Positions 38,729 to 50,031 are shown, counted from the first letter of the stretch. The stretch is 64,000 nt of DNA from Frondihabitans sucicola (GCF_030296615.1 NZ_AP027732.1:2545042-2609041); one strand, 5' to 3'. Notes: generated by a model from the letters alone, not told the origin. Numbers and translations are program-made.

Positions 38729-38986
38729 CTACGGCTTCGGCGGAAGGTCGGTCGACGACGCCGGGTTGGTGTCGTCGGTCGACGTGTTGGTGGTGCCGGC
38801 CGTGGGAGCAGCACTGCTTCCGTTCGACGCGGCGTTACCGGAGTTGGGGCCCATCTCGGTGCGGAAGATCTTCATCGACTGGGCGATGCTCTTCGCGAGT
38901 GCCGGGAGCTTCGGCGCACCGAAGAGCAGCAGCAGGATCACGAGGATGATGAGTAGGTGGGGCCAACCAAAGGCGTTACCGAACAT
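38729..38986 (-). CDS. tatA: twin-arginine translocase subunit TatA/E
   Basis: MFGNAFGWPHLLIILVILLLLFGAPKLPALAKSIAQSMKIFRTE. Confidence 0.8.
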   Translation of the reverse strand: MFGNAFGWPHLLIILVILLLLFGAPKLPALAKSIAQSMKIFRTEMGPNSGNAASNGSSAAPTAGTTNTSTDDTNPASSTDLPPKP

Positions 38987-39069
38987 GGCGATTGCCTCCT
39001 TGCAAGTTCGTGGAGTTCTCAGTGTAGCGCCGGCGAGTCACATTGTTGGCACGCTCGGCGAAAGCACAT

Positions 39070-40044
39070 CTACGATTCGTAGCGCGCCGCGGCGCGGATT
39101 GCCCAATCGGCCACTGCCGCCCTCGCGGCGGCGGGGGCGATGACCTGCGGTCGGCCCGGCAGACCGGCGATCAGCCGAGCCAGGGAGCCGAACTGGTTGA
39201 CGCGCACGAGCATCCTGCTCCGGACGCTATCGACGGCTTCGACGTCGTCGGGCGCGTAGTCGGCGAGGAAGGATGCGGCCGCCGTGTCGATCTCGACGGT
39301 GACCAGGACGTCGTCGGGCGAGCCCTCGAAGAGCTTCTCGGGAAGGGTGACGTCGGCGGCGCGGTACGAGATCGGGCTGGCGCTGACGGCGGCCTGGCTG
39401 ATGCGGTCGAGGCGGAACGTGCGGACGGCTTCGCGCAGGTGGTCGTAGCCGCGGAGGTACCAGTCGGCGTCGAGGGACTCCACCCGCAGCGGATCGACCC
39501 TGCGACGTTCGGTCTGCCCGCGCACCCCGGCGTAGTCGAACTCGAGCTGGACGCCCTCGGACGTGGCACGTCGCACGAGCGCCAGGAGCTGGTTCGTCTC
39601 GGTGTTCTCGACGGCGACCTGGCTCGGTGCGCCGGAGGAACCGCGCGAGAGCTTCGACATCAGGGTGGCGATGGCCTGCCGGTCGGCGTTCTCCGGAAGC
39701 GAGGACAGGTATTGGAGTCCTGCGATCAGAGCGGCGGCTTCGCGCGCGGAGAACCGGGGCGAATCGTCGATCGCGACCAGGTTGGTGAGGACGATGACGT
39801 CGTTCTGCTCGAAGTCGTCCCAGGCGATGTCGAAGAGGTCGCCGTGCTGGTACTGCGTCGTCTCACCGGGGATGCCCGAGACGGCGATGAGTTCGACGGC
39901 CCGGCGGATCTGCGTGACGGGAACGCCGAAGTGGGTCGCCGCCTCGGCGACGCTGACGCTGCCCCTGTCCATCAGGTAGGGCACGAGCGACAGCAGGAAG
40001 GCAAGCTTGTCTTGTGCCTGGAAGGCCGAGCTGCGATCAGGCAC
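39070..40044 (-). CDS. pafC: proteasome accessory factor PafC (WYL-domain regulator)
   Basis: HTH N-terminus + WYL/WCX domains; follows pafB. Confidence 0.7.
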   Translation of the reverse strand: MPDRSSAFQAQDKLAFLLSLVPYLMDRGSVSVAEAATHFGVPVTQIRRAVELIAVSGIPGETTQYQHGDLFDIAWDDFEQNDVIVLTNLVAIDDSPRFSAREAAALIAGLQYLSSLPENADRQAIATLMSKLSRGSSGAPSQVAVENTETNQLLALVRRATSEGVQLEFDYAGVRGQTERRRVDPLRVESLDADWYLRGYDHLREAVRTFRLDRISQAAVSASPISYRAADVTLPEKLFEGSPDDVLVTVEIDTAAASFLADYAPDDVEAVDSVRSRMLVRVNQFGSLARLIAGLPGRPQVIAPAAARAAVADWAIRAAARYES

Positions 40045-41040
40045 TGTGGCTTCCCTCGTGATCGGCGATGAGAGTCGTCAGACGCTCGCGAACGAGCGAG
40101 CGAACGGAGTCGGGCGAGACGACCTCGACCTCGGGGCCGAACGAGGCGAGCTCGTCGGCGAGGAGATAGCGGTCGGACCAGTGCACGGTGAGCGAGCCGT
40201 CGTCGGTGCGTGTCGTCCCTCGACGCTTGAGCAGGCGCGTCTCGGCGTCCGAGTTGGGGTCCACCCGCACGGTGGCGGTCTGCTTCTCCCAGAGCTCCTC
40301 GAGGTCGGCGAGCGAGCGCTCGGCGGTCGCGTCGGCTGGTCGGTCGACGATCTCGCCCGTGACGGTCACGGCGCCCACGATGCGCGACAGCAGGAAGGTG
40401 CGCCGACCCCCGTCTCGGGATCGATCGCCGAGCACATCCAGCGGCCCTGGAACTGCACGAGGGCGTACGGGACGACGCGGCGCGCGCGGGGTGCCTGCTC
40501 GCCGGGCTTGAGGTAGTCGAAGCGGACGACGGCCGAGCGGTCGAGCGCTGTGCGCAGCGGGTCGAACGCGGCGTCTCGGGAGCGGATGCGCGGCGCGTAG
40601 TCGAGTTCGGGGACGGGGGTCGCTCCCCCGAGGCTGCGGAGCTTGAGCAGAGCCCGGCGCGACTCGCCCGAGAGCGTGCCCTCGCGCCAGACCATGGCGG
40701 CCAGGGTGAGCAAGGCGGTCTCTTCGGAGGAGAAGATGATGTCGTCGGGGAGCTCGTAGGCCCCGCGAGGGATCCGGTAGCGGAGGTTCTGGTTGTTGCC
40801 GCTCGACCCGGGTTCTTCGAGGGTCTCGAGGGGGACGCCCAACTCGCGGATGTCGTCTTTGTCTCGCTCGAACTGACGCTCCAGCGCCGCGTTGTCGCCG
40901 GACGACCAGCGCTGCCGATAGCCCTGGACCGTCGAGAGGATCTCGGTCTTGGTGAGGCCGGTCTCGGTCGCGAGCAGGGCGAGGACGAGGCTGAACAGCC
41001 TCTCTTCGACGGGGACGCGAGGAACGCGAGAAGACGGCAC
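40037..41040 (-). CDS. pafB: proteasome accessory factor PafB (apparent single-base frameshift ~40432)
   Basis: N-terminal HTH ERLFSLVLALLATETGLTKTEI...; ...VQFQGRW then +1 frame VLGDRSRDGGRRTFLLSRI (WYL). Confidence 0.65.
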
Positions 41041-41088
41041 GACGACGATCTTAGATCAGCCCGGAGGCCGACTCGGGGACGAGCTGCG

Positions 41089-42021
41089 TCAGAGCGCACC
41101 CAGGACGTCGAAGACGTAGACGTACGTCGTTGCCGAACCGCTCGATGCGGTCGGCGGGACGACGACCATGACCTGCGAGCCGACCTTCTGACCGACGAGC
41201 GCCTTCTTGATCGACGAGGGAAGGGTCTTGGAGGACAGCGCCACGGTGGTCGCGGCGTCGCCGTCCGTCCAGGTGGAGCCCTGCACCGTCGGCGCGGACG
41301 CCCAGTCGACCGCCGTGAACTGCACGATCGCGGTGTCTTTCGCGGTCAGGGTTGCGCCGCTGCCCTTTCGGACGACCTGGACCTTCTCGGCTTTCGGGGC
41401 CGCCGTGTCGGGGATGCTGATGCCCGGGGCGCCGTTCGCGGCCGTGACGACGGCAGGCATGTTGTTGACGCCGGCCTGGAGGGCGCCGTCGGCTTTCGGC
41501 AGGAAGGCCTTCACGACGTCGATGACGGCGATGTACGCGGGGCCGGACTTGCCGTTCGGCTTCGCGGCGGTGCCGGACGTGCTGGTGGTCAGCTCGCTGG
41601 CCTTGACCGCGACGGCAAGACGGGACCCGACCTGGGAGCATTCCAGGGCGTCGACCAGAGGGCCGCCCTTGGTGGCACCGACAGTGATCGGCGTGGTCGG
41701 CTTCGAGTAGGAGCTCGACGAGACCTCCTTGCCGGTCTTGCCGCTGTAGATCGTGTACTTGATCAGCGACGGTGTGCCGTCGGTGAGGATCTGCCCGTGA
41801 CCCTGGATCAGGGTCGAGACCTCGGTGTGCTTGGTGTTGACCGGCGTGGGGATCTTGACCGTCGGCTTCGACCCGAAGGCGCCCGTCGCCGTGACGACCG
41901 AGGAGGCGTCGCCCGAGGCGGGCGTCGTGCAACCGGCGGAGCCGGGCGCGGCGCTCGTCGAGCAGGCGGTCAACGTCGCCAGGAGTCCGGCTACAACGAT
42001 CAGCGCGGGGAGCTTGCGCAC
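41089..42021 (-). CDS. FKBP-type peptidyl-prolyl cis-trans isomerase lipoprotein
   Basis: AAGAGGA RBS + GTG; signal VRKLPALIVVAGLLATLTAC (lipobox); two FKBP-like repeats. Confidence 0.7.
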   Translation of the reverse strand: MRKLPALIVVAGLLATLTACSTSAAPGSAGCTTPASGDASSVVTATGAFGSKPTVKIPTPVNTKHTEVSTLIQGHGQILTDGTPSLIKYTIYSGKTGKEVSSSSYSKPTTPITVGATKGGPLVDALECSQVGSRLAVAVKASELTTSTSGTAAKPNGKSGPAYIAVIDVVKAFLPKADGALQAGVNNMPAVVTAANGAPGISIPDTAAPKAEKVQVVRKGSGATLTAKDTAIVQFTAVDWASAPTVQGSTWTDGDAATTVALSSKTLPSSIKKALVGQKVGSQVMVVVPPTASSGSATTYVYVFDVLGAL

Positions 42022-42097
42022 GAATCCTCTTTCTCTGTCACTGCACGTGGTGTGCGGGGCCCTCGCGGGCACAGCCCGATCAGCCTACTGGGTCGAA

Positions 42098-43054
42098 CTA
42101 CGACACCTTGCCCAGGATGTCGATGGCGAAGACGAGCGTCGAATTCGCGGGGATTCCGGTCTGGGCCTTCGTGCCGTAGCCGTCGGCCGGAGGGATCGTG
42201 AGGAGCACCTGACTGCCGACGGTCTTGCCGGCGAGGCCGTTGACCCAGCCGGGAATGATCGCCGATGTCGTCAGCGTGGCCACGAAGGGCTGCTTCTTCG
42301 CCCACGAGGAGTCGAAGACCTTGCCCGTCGCGTAGACGACACCGGTGTACTGCACCATGATCGAATCGCCCTTGGCGATCTTCGCGCCCGTGCCCTTGAT
42401 CAGCGTGGTCGCCTGCGTCGTGGTCGGCGCCTTGGCCTTCGACACGGTGATCGTCGGCGCGCCGTCCTTGGCCAGCTTGACGGTGGACACTCCGGCGACC
42501 GGCGCCTGCTTCGCGCCGGTGGCCCTCGACGGGAACGCCTTGAGGACGTCGGCGACGAACACGACGGAGTCTTTCGCACCGATCTTGTACTGGCTGATCC
42601 CCTGACCGCCCGTGGAGTCCTTCGCGCTTCCGGCGATGGCGATGCGGTCCCCGACGTGCGAGCAGACCAGGCCCTCGCTGAGGGCGTTGAGGCTGTCGCT
42701 CTTGCCGGCGACGAGGTACGTACCGCTCGAGGTGTAGTCGGTGGCGGTGGCCTTCTTGCCGGTCGCTCCGTCGTACAGGCTCACCTGGAAGATGACGGGC
42801 TGACCCGACTTGATCGCGGCGCCCTTGCCCTTGACCAGAGTCGACTTCTCGGTGGTCTTCGTCGACAGCTTCTTCTCGAAGCTCACCTTGGGAGCGCTTC
42901 CGACCTTGCCGGTCGCCTTGATCGAGTCGGAGACGCTGCCGGACTTGGTGCCGCAGCTGGCGCTGGAGTCGGTCGAGGCCGAACACCCGGCGAGCCCGAG
43001 CGAGACGAGGGCGCCGACGGTGGCGGCGATGGCGAGTGTCTTGGTGATCTTCAT
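42098..43054 (-). CDS. FKBP-type peptidyl-prolyl cis-trans isomerase lipoprotein (paralogue)
   Basis: MKITKTLAIAATVGALVSLGLAGCSAS lipobox; FKBP domains (...VQYTGVVYATGKVFDSSW...). Confidence 0.7.
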   Translation of the reverse strand: MKITKTLAIAATVGALVSLGLAGCSASTDSSASCGTKSGSVSDSIKATGKVGSAPKVSFEKKLSTKTTEKSTLVKGKGAAIKSGQPVIFQVSLYDGATGKKATATDYTSSGTYLVAGKSDSLNALSEGLVCSHVGDRIAIAGSAKDSTGGQGISQYKIGAKDSVVFVADVLKAFPSRATGAKQAPVAGVSTVKLAKDGAPTITVSKAKAPTTTQATTLIKGTGAKIAKGDSIMVQYTGVVYATGKVFDSSWAKKQPFVATLTTSAIIPGWVNGLAGKTVGSQVLLTIPPADGYGTKAQTGIPANSTLVFAIDILGKVS

Positions 43055-43065
43055 CTGCACGAGTG

Positions 43066-44085
43066 TCAGTCCTGTTCGGTGGTGGTCGTGGAGTCGTGAG
43101 CGTCGGCCCCGGCTACGGCTTTGGCGGCGGCGTCCTGCGCCTGCCTGGCGGTCTTGCGGAGCTTCTTGGCGCTCGCCGAACGCTCGCCCAGGGCCCCCGG
43201 GGTCCAGAGTTCGACGTCTTCGTCGCTGAAGTCGGACTTCGAGGCGCGTCGTTTGAGCTGGGGCAGGATCGCACCCGGCGCCAGCCGGCGAGCGGTCATG
43301 AGGAAGCCGGTGTGGGCGATCATCCGGTGGTCGGGCCGGACCGCGAGGCCTTCGACGTGCCACGACCGCACGAGCGTCTCGGACGAGTCGGGCTCGGTGA
43401 ACTGCCCCGAGGCGCGGAACGCCTCGGCAGTGCGGGAGAGCTGCGTGACGGTCGCGATGTAGCAGACCACCAGGCCGCCCGGCTTGAGGGTCTCTGCGGT
43501 GGCCTCGACGCACTCCCACGGGGCGAGCATGTCGAGCACGACGCGGTCGGCGGTACCCGGTTCGACCACGGTCGGCAATTCGTCGACGAGGTCGCCGACG
43601 GTCACCGACCAGTTCTCGGGTGCGGCTCCGAGGAAGCTGGTCACATTGCCCCGGGCGACGTCGGCGAACTCCTCGCGCCGCTCAAACGACGCGAGTCGGC
43701 CGTCCGGGCCGATGGCTCTGAGCAGCGACAGCGAGAGGGCACCGGAACCGACGCCCGCCTCGACGACCGTGGCGCCGGGGAAGATGTCGGCGAACGTCAC
43801 GATCATCGCGGCGTCCTTCGGGTAGACGATGGCGGCACCGCGGGGCATCGACATGACGAAGTCCGCCAACAGCGGCCGCAGCGCGAGGTACTCGTCACCG
43901 GTCGTGGACTCGATGACCGAACCGTCGGGAAGATCGACGACGTCTTCGTGGGCGATCATTCCGCGGTGCGTGTGGAAGACGGCGCCCTGGGTCAGGGTGA
44001 TGGTGTGCATGCGACCCTTGGGGCCGGTGAGCTGCACCTTGTCTCCCCAGAGGAAGGGGCCGCTCTGCCGGCGGAGGGCGCTCAC
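43066..44085 (-). CDS. trmI: tRNA (adenine-N1)-methyltransferase TrmI-like
   Basis: GTG start overlapping the upstream stop (GTGA); SAM-MTase motifs VVEAGVGSGALSL. Confidence 0.7.
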   Translation of the reverse strand: MSALRRQSGPFLWGDKVQLTGPKGRMHTITLTQGAVFHTHRGMIAHEDVVDLPDGSVIESTTGDEYLALRPLLADFVMSMPRGAAIVYPKDAAMIVTFADIFPGATVVEAGVGSGALSLSLLRAIGPDGRLASFERREEFADVARGNVTSFLGAAPENWSVTVGDLVDELPTVVEPGTADRVVLDMLAPWECVEATAETLKPGGLVVCYIATVTQLSRTAEAFRASGQFTEPDSSETLVRSWHVEGLAVRPDHRMIAHTGFLMTARRLAPGAILPQLKRRASKSDFSDEDVELWTPGALGERSASAKKLRKTARQAQDAAAKAVAGADAHDSTTTTEQD

Positions 44086-44804
44086 GCGTCGCCCTCGGGG
44101 AGCGCCGCCAGGGCGCGGCCGGTGCGCAGGATGTCGCGGAGATCGTCGAGCGCGACGCCCTCGAGCGAGCGGCGGTGCACGAACGCGCCGTCTGTCGGGA
44201 GCGGCGCGTGGTGCTCGACACCGATGGCGGTCGCGCCGGCGGCCAGCGCCGACGCCAGCCCCGTCGGGCTGTCTTCGATGGCGATGCACGAGGCCACGTC
44301 GACGCCGAGCGCGGACGCGGCGCGCAGGTACGGGTCGGGGTGCGGTTTGGCGTGCTCGACCTCGTCGCCCGCGATGACGACGTCGAACGCGTCGAAGTCG
44401 ATGGCGGAGGCGATGAAGTCGGCCATGCGGCGGATCGACATCGTGACGAGGGCCGTCGGGATGCCGGCGTCGCGCACCGATCGCAGGAGTTCGCGGGCCC
44501 CGGGGCGCCACGGGAGGTGTTCGCGGACCGAGACGAGGACGTCGTCCGTCATGCGGTCGATGATCTCCTGCTCGGAGAGTTTCACGCCGTGCTCTTGCAG
44601 CACCCGCGCGGAGTGCCAGAGACCGGACCCGATCAGCGAGTCGCCGTCTTCGCGGCTCCAGGTACCGCCGTGCTCGGCGACGAGTCGGACCTGCGACTCC
44701 TGCCAGTACGGTTCGGTGTCGACGAGGGTGCCATCCATGTCCCAGAGGACGGCGGCAGGCAGGGCCTCCTCGGCGCCGGAAGCGGTGGTGGTGGTTTCGG
44801 TCAC
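44082..44804 (-). CDS. HAD-IA family hydrolase
   Basis: AVLWDMDGTLVDTEP motif I; ...VALDDLRD; start uncertain. Confidence 0.6.
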   Translation of the reverse strand: MTETTTTASGAEEALPAAVLWDMDGTLVDTEPYWQESQVRLVAEHGGTWSREDGDSLIGSGLWHSARVLQEHGVKLSEQEIIDRMTDDVLVSVREHLPWRPGARELLRSVRDAGIPTALVTMSIRRMADFIASAIDFDAFDVVIAGDEVEHAKPHPDPYLRAASALGVDVASCIAIEDSPTGLASALAAGATAIGVEHHAPLPTDGAFVHRRSLEGVALDDLRDILRTGRALAALPEGDA

Positions 44805-44943
44805 GACGTACGAGTCTAGGCGCACGGGCTCAAAGGCCCCGTGCAGGACGGTGAGCGGCGGCTTCGATCGGCCCCGGCACGGTCTATCGTGGAGGGTCAA
44901 CGCGCCAGGGACGAACCCGTGCTGTGCGCAGTGAGGATGCCAG

Positions 44944-45863
44944 GTGTCGCCAACGTCACATTTTGCTGAGGGTCGGCTGCTCGTCGTCGCGTTCGAGGGC
45001 TGGAACGACGCGGGTGAAGCGGCGAGCAACGTCGCGCGCGCCCTCGTCGACTCCCTCGACATGACGACCCTCGCCGAGCTCGACGGCGAGGCGTACATCG
45101 ACTTCCAGTTCAACCGACCCCAGGCCGCGCACGACGAGGAGGGGAACTCGACTCTGATCTGGCCGCGGATCCTCCTGCACGGCACGCCGGCCGTGGCGTC
45201 TCCCGTGACCGGCATCGACGGTTCGATCGAGACTTCCGACTCCCCGCCGACGGCGGTCTGCTGGTCCTGCTCGGCGCAGAGCCGTCGCGCAGCTGGCGCA
45301 GCTTCGCCGCCGAGATCGTCGACCTCGCCGACGTCCACGACGTCACCGGCGTCGTCTTCGTCGGAGCCATGCTCGCCGACGTCCCGCACACGCGTCCGAT
45401 CTCGATCTACGTCGGCAGCGAGAACCCCGACGTCCGGGCCGAGTTCACGGTGGAGCGGAGCAGCTACGAGGGCCCGGTCGGCATCCTCTCGGTTCTCTCC
45501 GAGGCGCTCGAGGCCGCTGGCGTCCCGACCCTGTCCATCTGGGCCTCCGTCCCCCACTACGTGCACAACGCCCCGTCGCCGAAGGCTTCGCTGGCCATCC
45601 TCGAGAAGGTCGAGGAGATCACCGGTGTGTCCATTCCTCGAGGCGACCTCGCCGAAGAGGCCGCGGCCTGGGAGAGTGGGATCGACGCGCTCGCCGCGGA
45701 GGACGACGACATGGCCGGATACATCGAGCAGCTCGAACAGGCACGCGACACCGTCGACTCCCCCGAGGCATCGGGCGAGGCGATCGCTCAGGAGTTCGAG
45801 CGCTACCTCCGCAAGCGAGACGGCAAATCGGGCGACGACCCGTGGCGTCCGCCGTCCGCCTGA
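44944..45863 (+). CDS. PAC2 (proteasome assembly chaperone-like) family protein; apparent single-base frameshift ~45244 in a CCCC run
   Basis: MSPTSHFAEGRLLVVAFEGWNDAGEAASNVA... then +1 frame ...ADGGLLVLLGAEPSRSWRSF... Confidence 0.65.
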
Positions 45864-45869
45864 GTGGCG

Positions 45870-46445
45870 CTACACGTCGCGGGAGTCGGCGCGGTGGGTG
45901 CCCGCCGCGAAGATGAACTGCTCCACCTCGCGGGGTGAGCGGAGGCGAACCGCCTGCAGACGCGGATACTCGGCCGCCACCAGCTCGGGGAGGTCACGCA
46001 GCTTGTTGCGGCTGCGGATCGACCAGCGCACGATGTGGTCCGGGTCGGTGAAGAAACCCGTCAGAGGGCCCTCGACGTTGTCGTTCCAGAGTCGCTCCCG
46101 ACGGAGGCGCCTGCGGACGGTCCGGCCGACCACGCGGCGGAGGACGATCCGGTACGGAAGATCGAGCCACACGAGAGTGTCGGCGCGTTCGAGGAGCAGG
46201 GGTCGAACGGCGGTGTACTGCCATTCGCTGACCCAGCGCTCTGTCTGCGTCAGAGCGTCGACGTCGGCGACGAAAGTCTCACGCTCGGTCCAGTCGGGGC
46301 CGTGGAAAAGGGAGTCGAGTTCGGTGTACGGAAGCTGCAGGATCCGCGACAGACGCCTGGCCAGCGTCGACTTCCCGGCGCCGGAGACGCCTGCGATCAC
46401 CACTCGACGGGGTGGGTGCGGCAGTGGATCGAGGGGCCTGAGCAT
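45870..46445 (-). CDS. P-loop NTPase (adenylate-kinase-like / AAA_33 family)
   Basis: VVIAGVSGAGKSTLARRL Walker A. Confidence 0.55.
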   Translation of the reverse strand: MLRPLDPLPHPPRRVVIAGVSGAGKSTLARRLSRILQLPYTELDSLFHGPDWTERETFVADVDALTQTERWVSEWQYTAVRPLLLERADTLVWLDLPYRIVLRRVVGRTVRRRLRRERLWNDNVEGPLTGFFTDPDHIVRWSIRSRNKLRDLPELVAAEYPRLQAVRLRSPREVEQFIFAAGTHRADSRDV

Positions 46446-46454
46446 CCTGCCAGT

Positions 46455-47710
46455 CTAGGATCGCGCGCTGGTGCTCCGGCGGAGGTCGATCCCGAGCAGC
46501 GCGTCGACGGCGTCGAGGTCGACGGAGGTGGGAGCACCGCCCGAACGGGCGGCCCGCTCGACGGCGGCGACGGCCTCGGGCGTGTCGAGGTCGTCGGCGA
46601 GGGCGGCTCGTAGCTCGGCCAGCAGAGCCGTCTCGCCGGAACCGTCGACAGCGACTCCGGCCCACTCGACCCAGTGCGTGAGCCGGGCGATGGCGGCGAA
46701 GACGTCGTCGTCGAACCACTCCCAGTCGCTGCGGTAGTGATGGGTGAGCAGCGCGAGGCGGATCGCTCGCGGGTCGACCTCCTCGGCCACCAGTTCGGAG
46801 ACCTTCACCAGGTTGCCGAGCGATTTCGACATCTTCTCGCCGCGGTACGCGACCATGCCGCCGTGAGCGTAGTGGGAGGCGAACGTCTCGCCCGTGAGCG
46901 CCGTCCCGTGCCCGGCGCTCATCTCGTGGTGCGGAAAGATCAGATCGGACCCGCCGCCGTTGACCGAGACGGGTCTGCCGAGGTGCTGCAGGGCGATGAC
47001 CGTGCACTCGATGTGCCAACCGGGGCGCCCTTCCCCGACGGCGGACGGCCAGGACGGCTCGTCGGAGCGAGCCGAGCGCCAGAGCAGCGGATCGAGTTCG
47101 CTCCGTTTGCCGATGCGCTCCGGATCGCCACCGCGCTCGGTGAAGAACCCCAGCATGCTCGCCGCGTCGAGACGGCTCTCGATGCCGAGGTGCCAGGAGG
47201 TCGACCCCGCTGCCGCCTCGACGTCGAAGTAGACGTCGTCGCCCACGTCGGAGTCGGGAGTCTCGACGCGGTAGGCGAACCCGGTGTCGAGAAGAGTCGC
47301 CACGGCGTCGCCGATCGGGGCGATGACATCGGTCACGGCCACGAAGTGATCGGGTGGGATCACGCGCAGGTGCTGCATGTCGGAGCGGAACAGGTCGGTC
47401 TGGGAGGCGGCGAGCTCACGCCAGTCGACCCCGGTGTCTCGGGCGCGCTCGAGCAGCGGATCGTCGACGTCGGTGGTGTTCTGGGCGTAGACGACCTCGA
47501 CACCCGCGTCGCGCCAGACGCGACCGAGCGTGTCGAACGCGAGATACGTGGCGGCGTGACCGAGATGCGTGGCGTCGTACGGCGTGATGCCGCAGACGTA
47601 GAGCTGGCCGCCCACGGTCGCGCGAGCCGCGCCCGACGCGGTGTCGAACAGGATCGGAACGGGGCTCGTTCCCGGGAGGGAGGAATGGCTGGAGCGGTCC
47701 AGGACCGCAT
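46455..47710 (-). CDS. mshC: L-cysteine:1D-myo-inositol 2-amino-2-deoxy-alpha-D-glucopyranoside ligase (mycothiol ligase); apparent single-base frameshift ~47680
   Basis: class-I aaRS motifs CGITPYDATHLGHAATY and KMSKSLGN; N-terminus MRSWTAPAIP / LPGTSPVPILFDTASGA in adjacent frames; start overlaps the uppP stop. Confidence 0.8.
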
Positions 47711-48552
47711 CAGCCGATCACCCCGGCGCCGAGGAGCACGAAGAGGACGACGCCGAGCACGATGCGGTAGACGACGAACGGGAGGAACGTGCGCTTCGAG
47801 ATGTAGTTCATGAAGAACGCGATCACCACGAACCCGACGACGAAGGCCACGACCGTCGCCGCGATCGTGTCGGGCCAGGAGAACGGGTTGTGGGCGCTGT
47901 CGTGGACCGCCTGGTACGCCTCGAACAAGCCCGACCCGAAGACGGCCGGGATGGCGAGCAGGAAGGAGAAGCGGGCGGCGGCAGGGCGCGAATAGCCGAG
48001 GGCGAGACCGGCGGACGTGGTCGCGCCGGAGCGCGAGACCCCGGGGATCAAGGCGAGGACCTGCGCGATCCCGATCGCGATGCCATGGCCCCAGGTCATC
48101 TTCTCGAACGGGCGGGTCTTGCGGCCGAGGATGTCGGCAGCCGCCAGGATCAGGCCGAAGACGATCAGCACGGAGGCGAGCAACCACAGCGACCGGAACT
48201 CGTTCGCGATGAACTTCTGGGTCAGCACGCCGACGATGACGATCGGAAACGTGCCGATGATCACCAGCCAGCCCATCCTGACGTCGGGATCTTTGCGGTC
48301 GAACCGACCGAACAGCGCCAGGAACCAGCGCGAGACGATCCTCGAGACGTCCTTCCAGAAGTAGATCAGCACCGCCAGCTCGGTGCCGAGCTGGATGATC
48401 GCGGTGAACGCGGCACCCGGGTCGAACTCTTTGCCCGCGGGGTGCGGGAAGAAGAGCGCGACGAGCCGGATGTGACCGCTCGAGGAGATGGGCAGGAACT
48501 CCGTCAAGCCTTGGACGAGGCCGAGAAGGAGCGCCTGGAGGAAGTGTTCCAC
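47710..48552 (-). CDS. uppP: undecaprenyl-diphosphate phosphatase
   Basis: BacA motifs LPISSSGH and GVSRSGATT. Confidence 0.85.
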   Translation of the reverse strand: MEHFLQALLLGLVQGLTEFLPISSSGHIRLVALFFPHPAGKEFDPGAAFTAIIQLGTELAVLIYFWKDVSRIVSRWFLALFGRFDRKDPDVRMGWLVIIGTFPIVIVGVLTQKFIANEFRSLWLLASVLIVFGLILAAADILGRKTRPFEKMTWGHGIAIGIAQVLALIPGVSRSGATTSAGLALGYSRPAAARFSFLLAIPAVFGSGLFEAYQAVHDSAHNPFSWPDTIAATVVAFVVGFVVIAFFMNYISKRTFLPFVVYRIVLGVVLFVLLGAGVIG

Positions 48553-48568
48553 GTGCGGATGTCGCCTC

Positions 48569-49879
48569 TCAGTACGTGCTCAGGAGGTCGCGAAGCACGC
48601 GACTGCCAAATGTTAGTGCCTCGAGAGGAACCCGCTCGTCGACGCCGTGGAACATCGCCGGGAAATCCATCTCTTCGGGCAGGCGCAACGGAGCGAATCC
48701 GTAGCCCTTGATGCCGAGCAGACTCAGCGCCTTGTTGTCGGTGCCGCCGCTGAGCAGATACGGCAGGACCGGCGCCCCTGGATCGTGACGGTCGAGAGTG
48801 GACACGATCGAGTCGACCAACGGGCCGCCGAACTCCGTCTCGAGACCGATATCGGTGTGCATCGTCACGATCTCGATGTCGTCGCCGATCAGACTCTGCA
48901 CCTGGGCCAGGACATTGTCCTCCTGACCGGGCATGCACCGGATGTCGATCAGGGCCTCCGCCGTGTCGGGCACGACGTTGTGCTTGTAACCGGCGTCGAG
49001 GACGGTCGGGTTCGTCGTCACACGCAGACTGCCCCGGATGAATCCCGACGCGGTACCCGTCTTGAGGACCAGGTCGTCGGGGCTCGTGCGCTCGGGATCG
49101 ACGTCGAGGATGCGAGCGACCTCGCGCAACAGCCCCCGGGTCGTGCCGGTCAATTCGACCGGCCACTCCTGGCGACCCAGGATCGCGACGGCCTCCGCCA
49201 GACGCGTGACCGCATTGTTCTTGATCATCTGCGAACCGTGACCGGCGGTACCCCGCGCGATCAGCTTGATCCAGATCAACGCCTTCTCACCGGTCTGCAA
49301 GAGATAGGCGCGCTTGCCCTCGATGAACGTCGAATACCCACCGACCTCGCTGATGGCCTCGCCCATGCCGTCGAAGACCTCCGGGTGATTCTTGACCAGG
49401 AAGTGCGACCCGAGAACGCCTCCGGCCTCCTCGTCGGCCAAGAACCCCACGACGAGATCGCGCGCCGGACGCTCGCCGGCGCGAAGCAGATCGCCGATCG
49501 ACGTCAGCATCATGGCGTCCATGTTCTTCATGTCGACCGCGCCGCGCCCCCACAGCATGCCGTCTCTGACGACTCCGCCGAACGGATCGACCGACCAGTT
49601 CGCAGGATCCGCGGGAACCACGTCGAGATGACCGTGCACGACGAGCCCCGGCTTCGAACGATCATGCCCCTCGACCCGGGCGAGCACGCTGTGCCGACCG
49701 GGCTCCGACTCGAACATCTGCGGGACGAGTCCCAGCCCTTCGAGCTTCGCCGCCACGTACTCGGCCGCATCCGTCTCGCCATTGGACTTGCCGTTGCCGT
49801 AATTGGTCGTGTCGAAGCGGATGAGGTCGCGCGCGATCAGCGCGGTCTCGTCCAGGGTGCCCTCGTCGAGTTCCGTCAT
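48569..49879 (-). CDS. M20/M25/M40 family metallopeptidase
   Basis: VVHGHLDVVPA, GRGAVDMK, ADEEAGG metal-binding motifs. Confidence 0.8.
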   Translation of the reverse strand: MTELDEGTLDETALIARDLIRFDTTNYGNGKSNGETDAAEYVAAKLEGLGLVPQMFESEPGRHSVLARVEGHDRSKPGLVVHGHLDVVPADPANWSVDPFGGVVRDGMLWGRGAVDMKNMDAMMLTSIGDLLRAGERPARDLVVGFLADEEAGGVLGSHFLVKNHPEVFDGMGEAISEVGGYSTFIEGKRAYLLQTGEKALIWIKLIARGTAGHGSQMIKNNAVTRLAEAVAILGRQEWPVELTGTTRGLLREVARILDVDPERTSPDDLVLKTGTASGFIRGSLRVTTNPTVLDAGYKHNVVPDTAEALIDIRCMPGQEDNVLAQVQSLIGDDIEIVTMHTDIGLETEFGGPLVDSIVSTLDRHDPGAPVLPYLLSGGTDNKALSLLGIKGYGFAPLRLPEEMDFPAMFHGVDERVPLEALTFGSRVLRDLLSTY

Positions 49880-50031
49880 GCCACCACGCTACCGGGCGCG
49901 AAGACCCACCCGCTGCGCCCGCACGGCCCGTGACGCCAGGCGGCCAGGTGGAAGCCGCTGTAAAAACCGTGGCCGCAGTCGTGCTAATGTCATCGAGGCG
50001 GAAACGCTGCAACAAGAGCAACACAAACACC

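Noticed and set aside
44944-46458. 504-aa ORF
   Set aside because: Only the first ~90 codons are the real PAC2 N-terminus; after the frameshift the ORF runs antisense through the P-loop NTPase gene.
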